A stretch of 17,688 nucleotides of DNA from assembly GCA_964591795.1 (NCBI GenBank), contig CAZQEL010000018.1:1-17688 (forward strand), written 5' to 3'. Source of the stretch: an uncultured archaeon (GTDB taxonomy: Archaea; Iainarchaeota; Iainarchaeia; Iainarchaeales; CSSED10-239). Under the pieces are notes generated by a model, which saw nothing but the letters and a program-made list of their open reading frames with translations, was not told where the DNA came from and searched no databases. The translations under genes and the position numbers were made by a program. Positions 1 through 7,819 of this stretch are shown one piece after another (the first letter of the stretch is position 1; each line of letters starts with the position of its first letter).

Positions 1-994
1 AATTAGTTTTATCACTAATACATTTAAATTTTAAAATAGTCCAATCAAGACCATCAGAAACCAATACAGTAGATACCTTTCCTAAATCTAAAGCATCGAT
101 TACATCTTTAAATCCATAGATTCCAAGACTGTTTTTAGCAAGATCTTCAAAAAATTTATTAACTATTTTTCTTTCTTGAATAATACTTGCTTCTTTTAAT
201 ATATCTTCTGATTTATCTAAAATCTCTTTTATACCTGATTCATCAGTATAAGAAGTATCTACAGTACCTAAAATTTTATTTTTAATTCTATGATCTATAT
301 CTGCAATTTCTAAAAATTGATGTTTAGTAAGGCCTGGGCCTCCAATAACGAGACCCTTAAAATTTTCAATACCAACATAGGCCATATTAATTTTAGTTCC
401 AACTCTTTTATAGAATTCTTCTGCAGCTTTTTCTCTAACTCTTTCAAAACGAAGCGCACTCTGTCCACCAGCACGAGACTTACCTGGAACTCCAGAGGTT
501 TCTCTAGAAAGTATTTCTTTTGTTTTCCCTCTTAAAATTGCAAGTGTAGCTTCTCGTTTATCTAAAACTACAAGCCCATACACTTCATCTGTTTGAGCCA
601 TATCCTCTAAAGGAATTATATGAAAAGAAGAATCGCACCAATAAAGCTTTGTGGTTAGTCTTGTGGGTGGAACAATAATTAATAGCACAACATCTGATTT
701 AGATGGATTAGTAGATACATCCCCTGAAAATAACACAAGACCAGTTTCAGGTAATTTAAAATCAATAACTTTTAAATAATTTATAATTCTTTTTAATGCA
801 GTCTGTACATTTTTTCTAGTCTGTGCACTTTTTATATTTGATGATTGACTCATTTCATCAGTTAATTGTTTAGTTACAGAACTTCTATCTGCATCAGGTG
901 GAAGATAAAGACTTATAAGTTGAGTTCCTTGTCCTTTATATGCTCTTAAGACCTTTATTTTCTTTTTTAAAAGAATTAAATTTACATCATTCAT
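1..994 (-). CDS. prf1: Archaeal peptide chain release factor aRF1, N-terminal ~331 codons; the 3' end runs off the window
   Basis: Absent from the ORF track because it has no stop in the window. My minus-strand translation from the ATG (complement of 992-994) reads MNDVNLILLKKKIKVLRAYKGQGTQLISLYLPP... It contains the NIKS stop-codon recognition motif (SSNIKSAQTRKN) and the GGQ motif (SRAGGQSALRFERVRE). The frame stays open to position 1. Confidence 0.9.
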   Translation of the reverse strand, partial: MNDVNLILLKKKIKVLRAYKGQGTQLISLYLPPDADRSSVTKQLTDEMSQSSNIKSAQTRKNVQTALKRIINYLKVIDFKLPETGLVLFSGDVSTNPSKSDVVLLIIVPPTRLTTKLYWCDSSFHIIPLEDMAQTDEVYGLVVLDKREATLAILRGKTKEILSRETSGVPGKSRAGGQSALRFERVREKAAEEFYKRVGTKINMAYVGIENFKGLVIGGPGLTKHQFLEIADIDHRIKNKILGTVDTSYTDESGIKEILDKSEDILKEASIIQERKIVNKFFEDLAKNSLGIYGFKDVIDALDLGKVSTVLVSDGLDWTILKFKCISDKTN

Positions 995-1014
995 AAAAAA
1001 ATATTTTATTACTA

Positions 1015-1494
1015 TTAATTTGAAACATTTTGAATTAACCAAATACTATTAAAATTCTCATTAATAGGATCATAAATCATAACATAGTCATTAAATTCAA
1101 AAATTATATTTCCAATTGTTGTAGTTTTAAAATTATAAGTACTTATTAAAGACTCATTAAATATAAAATCATAACTTAATTTTACAAATTCAATATTTTT
1201 AACAGTAATTTCAATTTGGTTAATTAATTCACTTTCAGCTAATCCAAATTGATCTAAATAGGATTTAAAATCAGTTGCATAATTAAAATTAGCATCAACT
1301 AAAGGTAAATTTAAATCACTACCCATATTTTTAGAATCAACGTTATCTAAATCCACATTAGATTTAATTATATTTATTGTAGAAAAAATAATTAAAATAA
1401 ATACTAAAATTATTAAAATAAATAACAAAATATTAGTTTTTGAAAAATTATTAAAATTAAAAACACATTTTTTATTTTTTGATTTTCTAGTCAT
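1015..1494 (-). CDS. Hypothetical membrane-anchored protein with a basic N-terminus, one hydrophobic helix and an Asn/Asp-rich extracytoplasmic part
   Basis: A 159-codon open frame is unlikely by chance in such AT-rich DNA. The N-terminus MTRKSKNKK is followed by ILLFILIILVFILIIFSTINII. It starts 10 nt after the stop of the upstream PRTase gene. I recognise no family motif. Confidence 0.55.
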   Translation of the reverse strand: MTRKSKNKKCVFNFNNFSKTNILLFILIILVFILIIFSTINIIKSNVDLDNVDSKNMGSDLNLPLVDANFNYATDFKSYLDQFGLAESELINQIEITVKNIEFVKLSYDFIFNESLISTYNFKTTTIGNIIFEFNDYVMIYDPINENFNSIWLIQNVSN

Positions 1495-1504
1495 AATTTA
1501 TCAC

Positions 1505-1972
1505 TTAATCTAAAATACAATCCAAACTTTTATTTATATTTGCTTCTTGATAAGGGAATACAATAGTTAACATATTTTTAATTTCACTAATTGCAAACTC
1601 TGGTTCAAAATTAATTTTATTTTTTTTATAGAATATACAAGCTAAGGCTATTTTATTAACTTGTTTATAATTTTTACTTATTTTAACACAGATTTCTCTT
1701 GAAGATTCTTCTAAAACATCATCAACAACTAAAATATCTCCTTCAATATCATAAATTGAAGATATATAATCATCAATAATATACTTATTATGAATATGTT
1801 TTGCAGAAATAACACCCATTGGAAGTTCTAACATCGAAGATAATAATCTTGCAAGTAAAAGGCCTCCACGACTAACAGCAATAACCGCCGTAAAAGATTT
1901 ATCTGAATCAATTATCTTTTTTGCAAGTTCTATTGCAAGGTTTTCAAATTCATTCCAAGAAACATCATACAT
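1505..1972 (-). CDS. Type I phosphoribosyltransferase, xanthine-guanine PRTase (Gpt)-like, with a divergent PRPP loop
   Basis: VSWNEF...AVIAVSRGGLLLARLL resembles the E. coli Gpt N-terminal region (VTWDML...IIAVSRGGL). An acidic PRPP-motif core, GDILVVDDVLEESS, is present, and the length of 155 aa fits Gpt. Confidence 0.75.
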   Translation of the reverse strand: MYDVSWNEFENLAIELAKKIIDSDKSFTAVIAVSRGGLLLARLLSSMLELPMGVISAKHIHNKYIIDDYISSIYDIEGDILVVDDVLEESSREICVKISKNYKQVNKIALACIFYKKNKINFEPEFAISEIKNMLTIVFPYQEANINKSLDCILD

Positions 1973-1992
1973 ACTATATATTTATATAAACT

Positions 1993-2010
1993 AAAATATA
2001 TAAAAAGATA
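1993..2010 (-). promoter_or_regulatory. Putative TATA/BRE promoter for the PRTase gene; transcript leaderless or nearly so
   Basis: The coding strand reads CTTTTTATATA (complement of 1997-2007), 25-35 nt upstream of the ATG at 1972. There is no Shine-Dalgarno sequence. The same motif sits at the same distance upstream of priS and rad50. Confidence 0.35.
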
Positions 2011-2022
2011 TTTATTTAATAA

Positions 2023-3576
2023 CTACAAAAAAGAATCAAGATCTTTGTCTTTTTGATTAATTTTTTCGAAAAATCTCTTAGATAACCCAGATAAAGACAC
2101 ATCTAAATGAGAATCCTTTGAATATTTCTTACGCACTTTAAAAAATACAGGATAAGATGATGCTTCTCCAACAACCAAGGCCTCACCTACTCTTAAAGAA
2201 GTAATCATTTCGATAGATTTTGAATCAAGCCCTTCAGATGACTCACCAATATGCTTAAGATCATATGGATTGGTAATTCTAAGTATTATATGTGTATTTG
2301 CTTGAGAAAGAATAGTAGTTGAAAGCTTTACTGGTCTTTGAGAAATTAAACAAAGACAAGAACCAAACTTACGTCCTTCTCTTGCAATAGTTTCAAGAAT
2401 AGATTTTGCAAGAGCACGATCTTTAGTTGCACTTTCTGGAGCAAATTGATGTGCTTCTTCTACAATTAACAAAAATGGAGGTACATTATAATCTCCATTA
2501 ATTCGAGCATAAAAAAGTTTATGTGCAAAATAATACAAAATCAATTGTTTTTTTTTAAGATTTATCTCTTTAGACAAATCAATAATTGTTAATTTACCTG
2601 ATTTAACTATATCAAAAATTGATGGAGAATCTATTTTTGAGAATAAATTATATTCAAAAAGTTCACCTAAAGAATTAATTAAAGGTTTTAAAATATTTTC
2701 TTTAATTTCTTGTTTTTCAAGTTCTTTAACAATATCTTTTAAATCAAATGGACCTAGTCCATTTTTTTTATCATTACTTAATTTTTTTAAAACAATTCCA
2801 AGCTCTCGCTTTTGAGCAGGACTTAAGTTAGGTAAAAGATTTGAATAGAAATTAAGCGAAAGAGTAGAACATCCAATTTTTATTTCTGAAGAATTAATTT
2901 TAATTGTATTTGTTGAATAATCCTTATAATTTCCATCACTTTGTTTTACTGGATCTGAAAAATGAGTATATTCACCATGAACATCAAAAAGAAGAGTTGC
3001 AATTTTACCATCTTCAATATTTCGATCAAGAAGCTCTTCTAAAATTACTGAAGTTAAATAACTCTTACCTGCACCAGATTGAGCTAAAATAGCAAGATGC
3101 TTTTGTAAAAGACGATCCATACAAAAAGTAACTGGCATGTTTGGAAAATCAATAGTACCTAAAAACAAACCATTTTTTTTAAGATGTAAAAATTTAAATA
3201 AAACATCTTTTTCACAAACCATTACTTTTGAACCAGGAGATACTGGAAGAGTAGATCTTACAAACATATTTGCACTTGATAAAACTCCTAATGGTTTAAT
3301 AATTCCTTGTAAAAATTCCCATTCCCCAGTAGGAAATTGCTCAGTTAAAGTAAAATCACTATTTTCAAATTCCTTAACAGATTCATTATTTTCAAAATAT
3401 CTATTTTGAGCAGAAACATCAGATACAAGACCAATTAATTTACCTTGAGAATAATCTATTTGAACATATTGACCCTTATGCACTTTTTTATTAGTACACA
3501 CAAAAGTTATTTTAGAAGTTGAAGGGGAATCTATTGTTGAAACAACAATTCCCATTTCATTCTCTTTAAAAGCCAT
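2023..3576 (-). CDS. herA: HerA-type hexameric DNA helicase/translocase (FtsK-HerA superfamily ATPase)
   Basis: Walker A is LAILAQSGAGKSYL and Walker B is FLLIVEEAHQF. The motifs IAREGRKFG, ISQRP, ILSQANTHIILRI and VGEALVVG align by eye with Sulfolobus HerA. An N-terminal barrel-like region is present, and the 517-aa length is typical. GGTG lies 11-14 nt upstream of the ATG. Confidence 0.85.
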   Translation of the reverse strand: MAFKENEMGIVVSTIDSPSTSKITFVCTNKKVHKGQYVQIDYSQGKLIGLVSDVSAQNRYFENNESVKEFENSDFTLTEQFPTGEWEFLQGIIKPLGVLSSANMFVRSTLPVSPGSKVMVCEKDVLFKFLHLKKNGLFLGTIDFPNMPVTFCMDRLLQKHLAILAQSGAGKSYLTSVILEELLDRNIEDGKIATLLFDVHGEYTHFSDPVKQSDGNYKDYSTNTIKINSSEIKIGCSTLSLNFYSNLLPNLSPAQKRELGIVLKKLSNDKKNGLGPFDLKDIVKELEKQEIKENILKPLINSLGELFEYNLFSKIDSPSIFDIVKSGKLTIIDLSKEINLKKKQLILYYFAHKLFYARINGDYNVPPFLLIVEEAHQFAPESATKDRALAKSILETIAREGRKFGSCLCLISQRPVKLSTTILSQANTHIILRITNPYDLKHIGESSEGLDSKSIEMITSLRVGEALVVGEASSYPVFFKVRKKYSKDSHLDVSLSGLSKRFFEKINQKDKDLDSFL

Positions 3577-3594
3577 TATTTAATCACACCAAAA

Positions 3595-4398
3595 TTATCT
3601 TATATAATTTGAATTTTGAGTTGGTTCTGGTTTTTGAGCAAGCTCTTCAAGATTTTTAGAAATATCACTAAATGATTTTTCTATTTTTTTTGCACTCTCA
3701 TCAATTTTTTTAAGATCAATTTTAAGTTTAAATAAATTTATTATTATTTCAACTAATTGTTTTGCAGAAGCAGGATCTCCATAAGTTAGTTTACTATTGG
3801 TCTCTCCCATTAAACAAAAACCAGGTATCTTATACAAATTATATGAAAGACCTAACAAAAGTCCAGCAACTCCAGATATTAATGCATCTTGCCCCTTGTT
3901 ATGAAAGTCTATATTTTTTATTTTCTTTTTATCAAGATTTTGTTTAGTTTTAAGATCAGTTGAAACACACATAACTTTTGGTTTTGCAGTAATTCTTTTA
4001 TCTCCAATATTAAGGCCTGCTAGAGTATATATTTCAGCCACTTTATATTTTTTGGAAAAATCAGCAAGCACTCTTGAAAACTCATAATGTTGATTACTGT
4101 TTAAAATATTACCAAGTACCGGTTGAACTGGACCAGCAACAAACAAAAAATCTCTTGTTTTTGTTTTATATAAATAAATTTCATTATAAATTAATTCAAG
4201 TACAGAATTTTTTTCATGAACTGCAGGAGGGAATGAATCTGAAAATATTTTCCCTACTAATACTGGTTTAGGGCTAAGTTCTTTTACAAGATAATCAACC
4301 GCAATTTTACCAACAAGACCAATACCAGGAAGTCCTACAAACAAAATTGGTTTCTTTAAATTTTTTAAAGATTTTAAAATTTCAATTGTTGTAACCAT
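3595..4398 (-). CDS. PAC2-family (proteasome assembly chaperone-like, COG1938-type) protein
   Basis: The N-terminal PILFVGLPGIGLVGKIAVDYL is typical of PAC2-family proteins, and the position after aIF2-alpha fits. I place the start at the ATG (complement of 4396-4398) because AGGTGA (complement of 4407-4412) lies 8 nt upstream. The track's GTG start at 4410 sits inside that Shine-Dalgarno sequence. Confidence 0.7.
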   Translation of the reverse strand: MVTTIEILKSLKNLKKPILFVGLPGIGLVGKIAVDYLVKELSPKPVLVGKIFSDSFPPAVHEKNSVLELIYNEIYLYKTKTRDFLFVAGPVQPVLGNILNSNQHYEFSRVLADFSKKYKVAEIYTLAGLNIGDKRITAKPKVMCVSTDLKTKQNLDKKKIKNIDFHNKGQDALISGVAGLLLGLSYNLYKIPGFCLMGETNSKLTYGDPASAKQLVEIIINLFKLKIDLKKIDESAKKIEKSFSDISKNLEELAQKPEPTQNSNYIR

Positions 4399-4430
4399 AT
4401 TTACATTCACCTACAATATTTTTAAACAAA

Positions 4431-5192
4431 TTATTCTTCTTTTTTAACTACTTCAAACTGAGTACTTTTCTTTAATGATTTAGATATTACTTTTATAATT
4501 TCATCAAATTTCTTTGCAGATTGTTTAAAATCTTTAGAAGTTACTTTAAGTTCATATTTACCAGGGCCAAAATAAGTTATCTTACAATCAGAGTTTTTAT
4601 CTTGAGCATCTAAAAGAACTTTTTTAACGTTTTCTAAACCATTTAATTCTTTGGAGATTATAGTCATAATACCTACAATATCCTTATCTTTTAAAGTAAT
4701 ATTTTTATCTAAAATTTCAAATAATGATTTATGATATTTTTCTGGAATTTCAGAATAATAATCCCCACCATTTTTTAAAATATTTAAAAAACCCTTATAA
4801 AGAGAATTTTCTTTTTCAATAATTGGATTTGCAATATCTTCCCAAACTAAATCTTGTGTTAAATCAAGTTCTTTTGCAAAAACATTTAACAAACTTTGAG
4901 CTCTTAAAAATAATCTGTATTCTGAAATTTTTCTTTTTTCATCAACATCATTAATTCTACTAAAAGAGAGATCAATATGACTTTTTTCTTCATCAACCTT
5001 TAAAACTTTTGCAGCTCTTATTTGATTTTGTTTTACATGAGCATGAATATTTTTTATCCATGTAGATGAAATTTGAGAAATATGAATAAATCCTTCAATA
5101 TTTTCATATTCTAATAATTCTGCAAAAACCCCAAAATCAGTTATTTTAATTACTTTACAAATTATAACATCGTTTATACTTGGAAGTTCCAT
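4431..5192 (-). CDS. eif2a: Translation initiation factor aIF2 alpha subunit
   Basis: The N-terminal S1/OB domain reads DVIICKVIKITDFGVFAELLEYENIEGFIHISQISSTWIKNI...AKVLKVDEEKSHIDLSFSRI. The 253-aa length is appropriate. GGTGAT lies 7-12 nt upstream of the ATG. Confidence 0.9.
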   Translation of the reverse strand: MELPSINDVIICKVIKITDFGVFAELLEYENIEGFIHISQISSTWIKNIHAHVKQNQIRAAKVLKVDEEKSHIDLSFSRINDVDEKRKISEYRLFLRAQSLLNVFAKELDLTQDLVWEDIANPIIEKENSLYKGFLNILKNGGDYYSEIPEKYHKSLFEILDKNITLKDKDIVGIMTIISKELNGLENVKKVLLDAQDKNSDCKITYFGPGKYELKVTSKDFKQSAKKFDEIIKVISKSLKKSTQFEVVKKEE

Positions 5193-5205
5193 TTAACATC
5201 ACCAT

Positions 5206-5823
5206 TTATTTCCTTTTTTGTCTTTGTTTTTTATGACTTCCAAAAACCTTACGTCTTTCGCTACCACTTATTACATGTGGCAAAATTCCTTTTTTTAGTC
5301 TATTAACAAAGCCGTCAATTAACATGCTTTTTTTTTCAAGATGATTAATTGCTGTAATTTTAATTTTATTTTTAATTAAATGTTCTTTAACCCATTCACT
5401 CCAACAATGCACACAACCATCTTTTTTTAAAATGTATTCTCCAAAAGAAGTTAACTTAACTTTTGGTTCTAAATTATTTATTATATGCCTATCCAAAAAT
5501 TTTGTTTTTCCAAACTCAGGATCAAAGTTAGTTACTTGAAATCTACCTTTTAAAGTTTTAACTCCATATTTATAAAATCTTTCCATAGCTTTATCGTACA
5601 TAGAAAACATTTCTTCAACTAATTTATGGGCAGGAACATCTTTAGGTAAATTTTTATAATCATTTTGAAGAATATCTGCTTCTCTTAACAACGAAGGTTT
5701 AACCACAACAAACAAAGTATTTGAAGAATTCTTATATTTTGCAAGCTCCTTACCATAAATTGCAAGTGTTTTTTTTATTTGTGCGATTCTTTTTCGTTTT
5801 TGTAAATTATTCGGATCTTTCAA
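5206..5823 (-). CDS. Hypothetical basic protein (205 codons), first gene of the eif2a-PAC2-herA array
   Basis: This is a long open frame in AT-rich DNA. Both termini are highly basic (NLQKRKRIAQIKK; SHKKQRQKRK), and there is a single CVHC pair. The only conventional start is TTG (complement of 5821-5823), with no obvious Shine-Dalgarno sequence, so the start is uncertain. I recognise no family. Confidence 0.55.
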   Translation of the reverse strand: MKDPNNLQKRKRIAQIKKTLAIYGKELAKYKNSSNTLFVVVKPSLLREADILQNDYKNLPKDVPAHKLVEEMFSMYDKAMERFYKYGVKTLKGRFQVTNFDPEFGKTKFLDRHIINNLEPKVKLTSFGEYILKKDGCVHCWSEWVKEHLIKNKIKITAINHLEKKSMLIDGFVNRLKKGILPHVISGSERRKVFGSHKKQRQKRK

Positions 5824-5953
5824 TTCAGTAATAATTTTATAGTTTAAAATATTCAGATTAGATTTAAAAAAAACATCATATAAAGGATGTACTAATAAAA
5901 CTAATTCATTATACTTACTAATATTTTTTCACCATTTTTTAAACCATATTTAA

Positions 5954-6520
5954 TTAATCTATTTTTTTTATTAAACTTCTTGATTCTAATATTTTAATTA
6001 AGTCTTCTGGAATCTCACAAACATCTTCTTTTTCAAAAGGACCGTATTCTTTTAGGTCAGCACCAATAAATGCTGGTACTTGTTCTTGAAATTTAACTTT
6101 AACTAAATTTTGAATATCTTTTTTTTTAACTTTTTTATTAATACCAAAAATATTTTGAGCATGCTCATTTTGTTTATCAATTAACTTAATAACTCCTTTT
6201 GCAAAATCAACTTCAAAATCAATCAAACCTTCTTCTTCAAAGTTATTTGTTCTACTATACATTAAGCATAAATTTAAACTTTTTTTAAGTCTTATTTCTC
6301 TTATTTTATCAACCATTTTTTTTAAAGTTTCAAATTTTTTAATAGCTGTTGGGGAAAAAGATTCTTCTATTTCTTCAGTATACTTTTTTCTTTCATCAAT
6401 TAAAAATTTTTTAAGCTCCTTATAAAAATTTAAATTTAATTTTGTAAGCTTAGGAGACTTTGTCTCTAGTCTATATATCTTTCTTAATTCATCATAATCT
6501 AATGCGTAATCTTCAATCAA
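5954..6520 (-). CDS. gins51: GINS complex subunit, Gins51 (Gins15)-type with A-then-B domain order
   Basis: The protein is 188 aa. The N-terminal helical region reads ELRKIYRLETKSPKLTKLNLNFYKEL. The C-terminal small domain, LKEYGPFEKEDVCEIPEDLIKIL, is paralogous to the PriS C-terminus encoded immediately upstream. The gene overlaps the priS stop by 8 nt. The TTG start is preceded by GGGGTG (complement of 6528-6533) at a 7-nt spacing. Confidence 0.7.
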   Translation of the reverse strand: MIEDYALDYDELRKIYRLETKSPKLTKLNLNFYKELKKFLIDERKKYTEEIEESFSPTAIKKFETLKKMVDKIREIRLKKSLNLCLMYSRTNNFEEEGLIDFEVDFAKGVIKLIDKQNEHAQNIFGINKKVKKKDIQNLVKVKFQEQVPAFIGADLKEYGPFEKEDVCEIPEDLIKILESRSLIKKID

Positions 6521-7766
6521 ACTTTGCCACCCCTTTAAGTACTAAAAAAATTGACACATGCTCAGGTAAATTAAGCACATCATCTTTTTTAAAAGGACCA
6601 TAAATCTCGTCTATTAATCTAAATGTTGGTGTTGGTTTTAATAATATTATTTTTTTTAAAACTTCTGATTTTAAAACAACTGGAGTTTTAAAAGGATCAA
6701 AAAGCTTTAAATCATCTTTATTTTTAATATAAGTTGATAAAAATCCAGAACCACCATGTATTGTTTCAGGAACCCTCATAATTTTATATATATCAGATGA
6801 AGATTGAGGATCTATTTTAAGTCTTGTTTTATTAATAATAAAAGAGATTAAATCTTCAAAAAACTTATCAGAACCTGAAAAGTTAACTGACATTATATTA
6901 TTATGGTACATTTTGTTTAAAATATCTTCTTTTGTCTCAAAAACAATCTTAGCTTTTTTAGGTGAAAGAGTAAATACACTAATTAGTTGTTTTTCAGTAT
7001 ATGTGCTCAAAATGTTAATTATACTAGATAATATTTTTTTAGTCCATCCAAAAGCATTATTTACTGGTGGAATTTTCCAAATTTTTTTTTCTTTTATAAA
7101 ACCAAGTTTAACCAAATCTAAATCATTAGCAAGAATATAATTCATCATTTGAAGTCTTGCACTTTTTGGTAAAGAAAGAATACTTTTATCAGTTATTCGT
7201 ACATGATAACCCTTAGACCCAGAAAAACTAATAATAAATGTCCTAGGATCTAATTTAAACTCCTTTTCTAAAAAATCAATAAGCCTTAAAGTATCTTCTT
7301 TTGCTTTATTTAAACATTCATCACAAGTCCACTGGGTTATTTCAGTAGGATTGTTACATTTTGGACAAAGAGTTAAATTTCCATAACCCCACTCCCCACA
7401 ATTTGAATCCTTACACACCCAAGTGTTATGTCTATCATGGCAAGGTAAGTCAAAATCATCAGAGTCAAACTCATAAACAATATCTGAACCTTCCCATTGT
7501 TTAGTATTCATTGGACGTCTATCTGGAAAAGTAAAATAACTTGTAGAATATGAAATATGAAAAGGAGCAGTTATCCTTAAATATGTATTAAAAGCCTCTA
7601 AATTATTGAAAGATAAATGTCTTTGACTAATTTTTGAATGAAAAGTACCTATTCCAAATTCTCTTTTTGAAATATCAACTACGCATGAAACTGTGTTCTT
7701 TAAATAGTATTCTTTGAACTTTTTAGTTAAGTATCTTATTGTTTCATTTTCATTTGCATAAGACAT
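6513..7766 (-). CDS. priS: DNA primase catalytic (small) subunit PriS, archaeo-eukaryotic primase fold with a GINS-B-like C-terminal domain
   Basis: The three AEP motifs are present: the acidic motif IVYEFDSDDFD, motif II SFSGSKGYHVRI, and motif III MRVPETIHGGSG. A Cys/His-rich zinc region spans residues 109-151. The C-terminal IYGPFKKDDVLNLPEHVSIFL is similar to the GINS C-terminus. Confidence 0.88.
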   Translation of the reverse strand: MSYANENETIRYLTKKFKEYYLKNTVSCVVDISKREFGIGTFHSKISQRHLSFNNLEAFNTYLRITAPFHISYSTSYFTFPDRRPMNTKQWEGSDIVYEFDSDDFDLPCHDRHNTWVCKDSNCGEWGYGNLTLCPKCNNPTEITQWTCDECLNKAKEDTLRLIDFLEKEFKLDPRTFIISFSGSKGYHVRITDKSILSLPKSARLQMMNYILANDLDLVKLGFIKEKKIWKIPPVNNAFGWTKKILSSIINILSTYTEKQLISVFTLSPKKAKIVFETKEDILNKMYHNNIMSVNFSGSDKFFEDLISFIINKTRLKIDPQSSSDIYKIMRVPETIHGGSGFLSTYIKNKDDLKLFDPFKTPVVLKSEVLKKIILLKPTPTFRLIDEIYGPFKKDDVLNLPEHVSIFLVLKGVAKFD

Positions 7767-7786
7767 ATATAATATATATTAGTAAA

Positions 7787-7800
7787 AAGATATAAAAAGA
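7787..7800 (-). promoter_or_regulatory. Putative TATA/BRE promoter for priS-gins51; leaderless
   Basis: The coding strand reads CTTTTTATATC (complement of 7789-7799), 23-33 nt upstream of the priS ATG at 7766. There is no Shine-Dalgarno sequence. Confidence 0.35.
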
Positions 7801-7819
7801 ATGTTATTTTTAAATATTA

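Noticed and set aside
317-535. 72-codon plus-strand ORF from the track
   Set aside because: It lies entirely antisense to the strongly supported aRF1 gene, in the region encoding the GGQ motif. It has Phe/Ser/Asn-rich junk composition and no ribosome-binding site.
2904-3409. Two plus-strand ORFs (2904-3092 and 3137-3409)
   Set aside because: Both are antisense within herA. They show no motifs and have low-complexity composition, as expected for chance open frames opposite a real gene.
1505-3576. A HerA-family ATPase next to a PRTase-fold gene, considered as a possible anti-phage module (HerA-partnered defence systems, PRTase effectors)
   Set aside because: The HerA aligns along its length with canonical repair HerA and sits at the end of a housekeeping array. 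The PRTase is Gpt-like and has its own promoter-like element in the 50-nt spacer. No SIR2, nuclease or reverse transcriptase partner is present, and there are no mobile-element hallmarks.
3595-3610. Possible HbYX proteasome-docking motif at the C-terminus of the PAC2-family protein (...NSNYIR)
   Set aside because: In an HbYX motif the Tyr is penultimate. Here it is third from the end, so the motif is not matched. I make no claim about proteasome docking.
3762-4271. Two plus-strand ORFs (3762-3947 and 4074-4271)
   Set aside because: Both are antisense within the PAC2-family gene, with no start context or recognisable domains.
6913-7140. 75-codon plus-strand ORF
   Set aside because: It is antisense within priS and is treated as a chance ORF.
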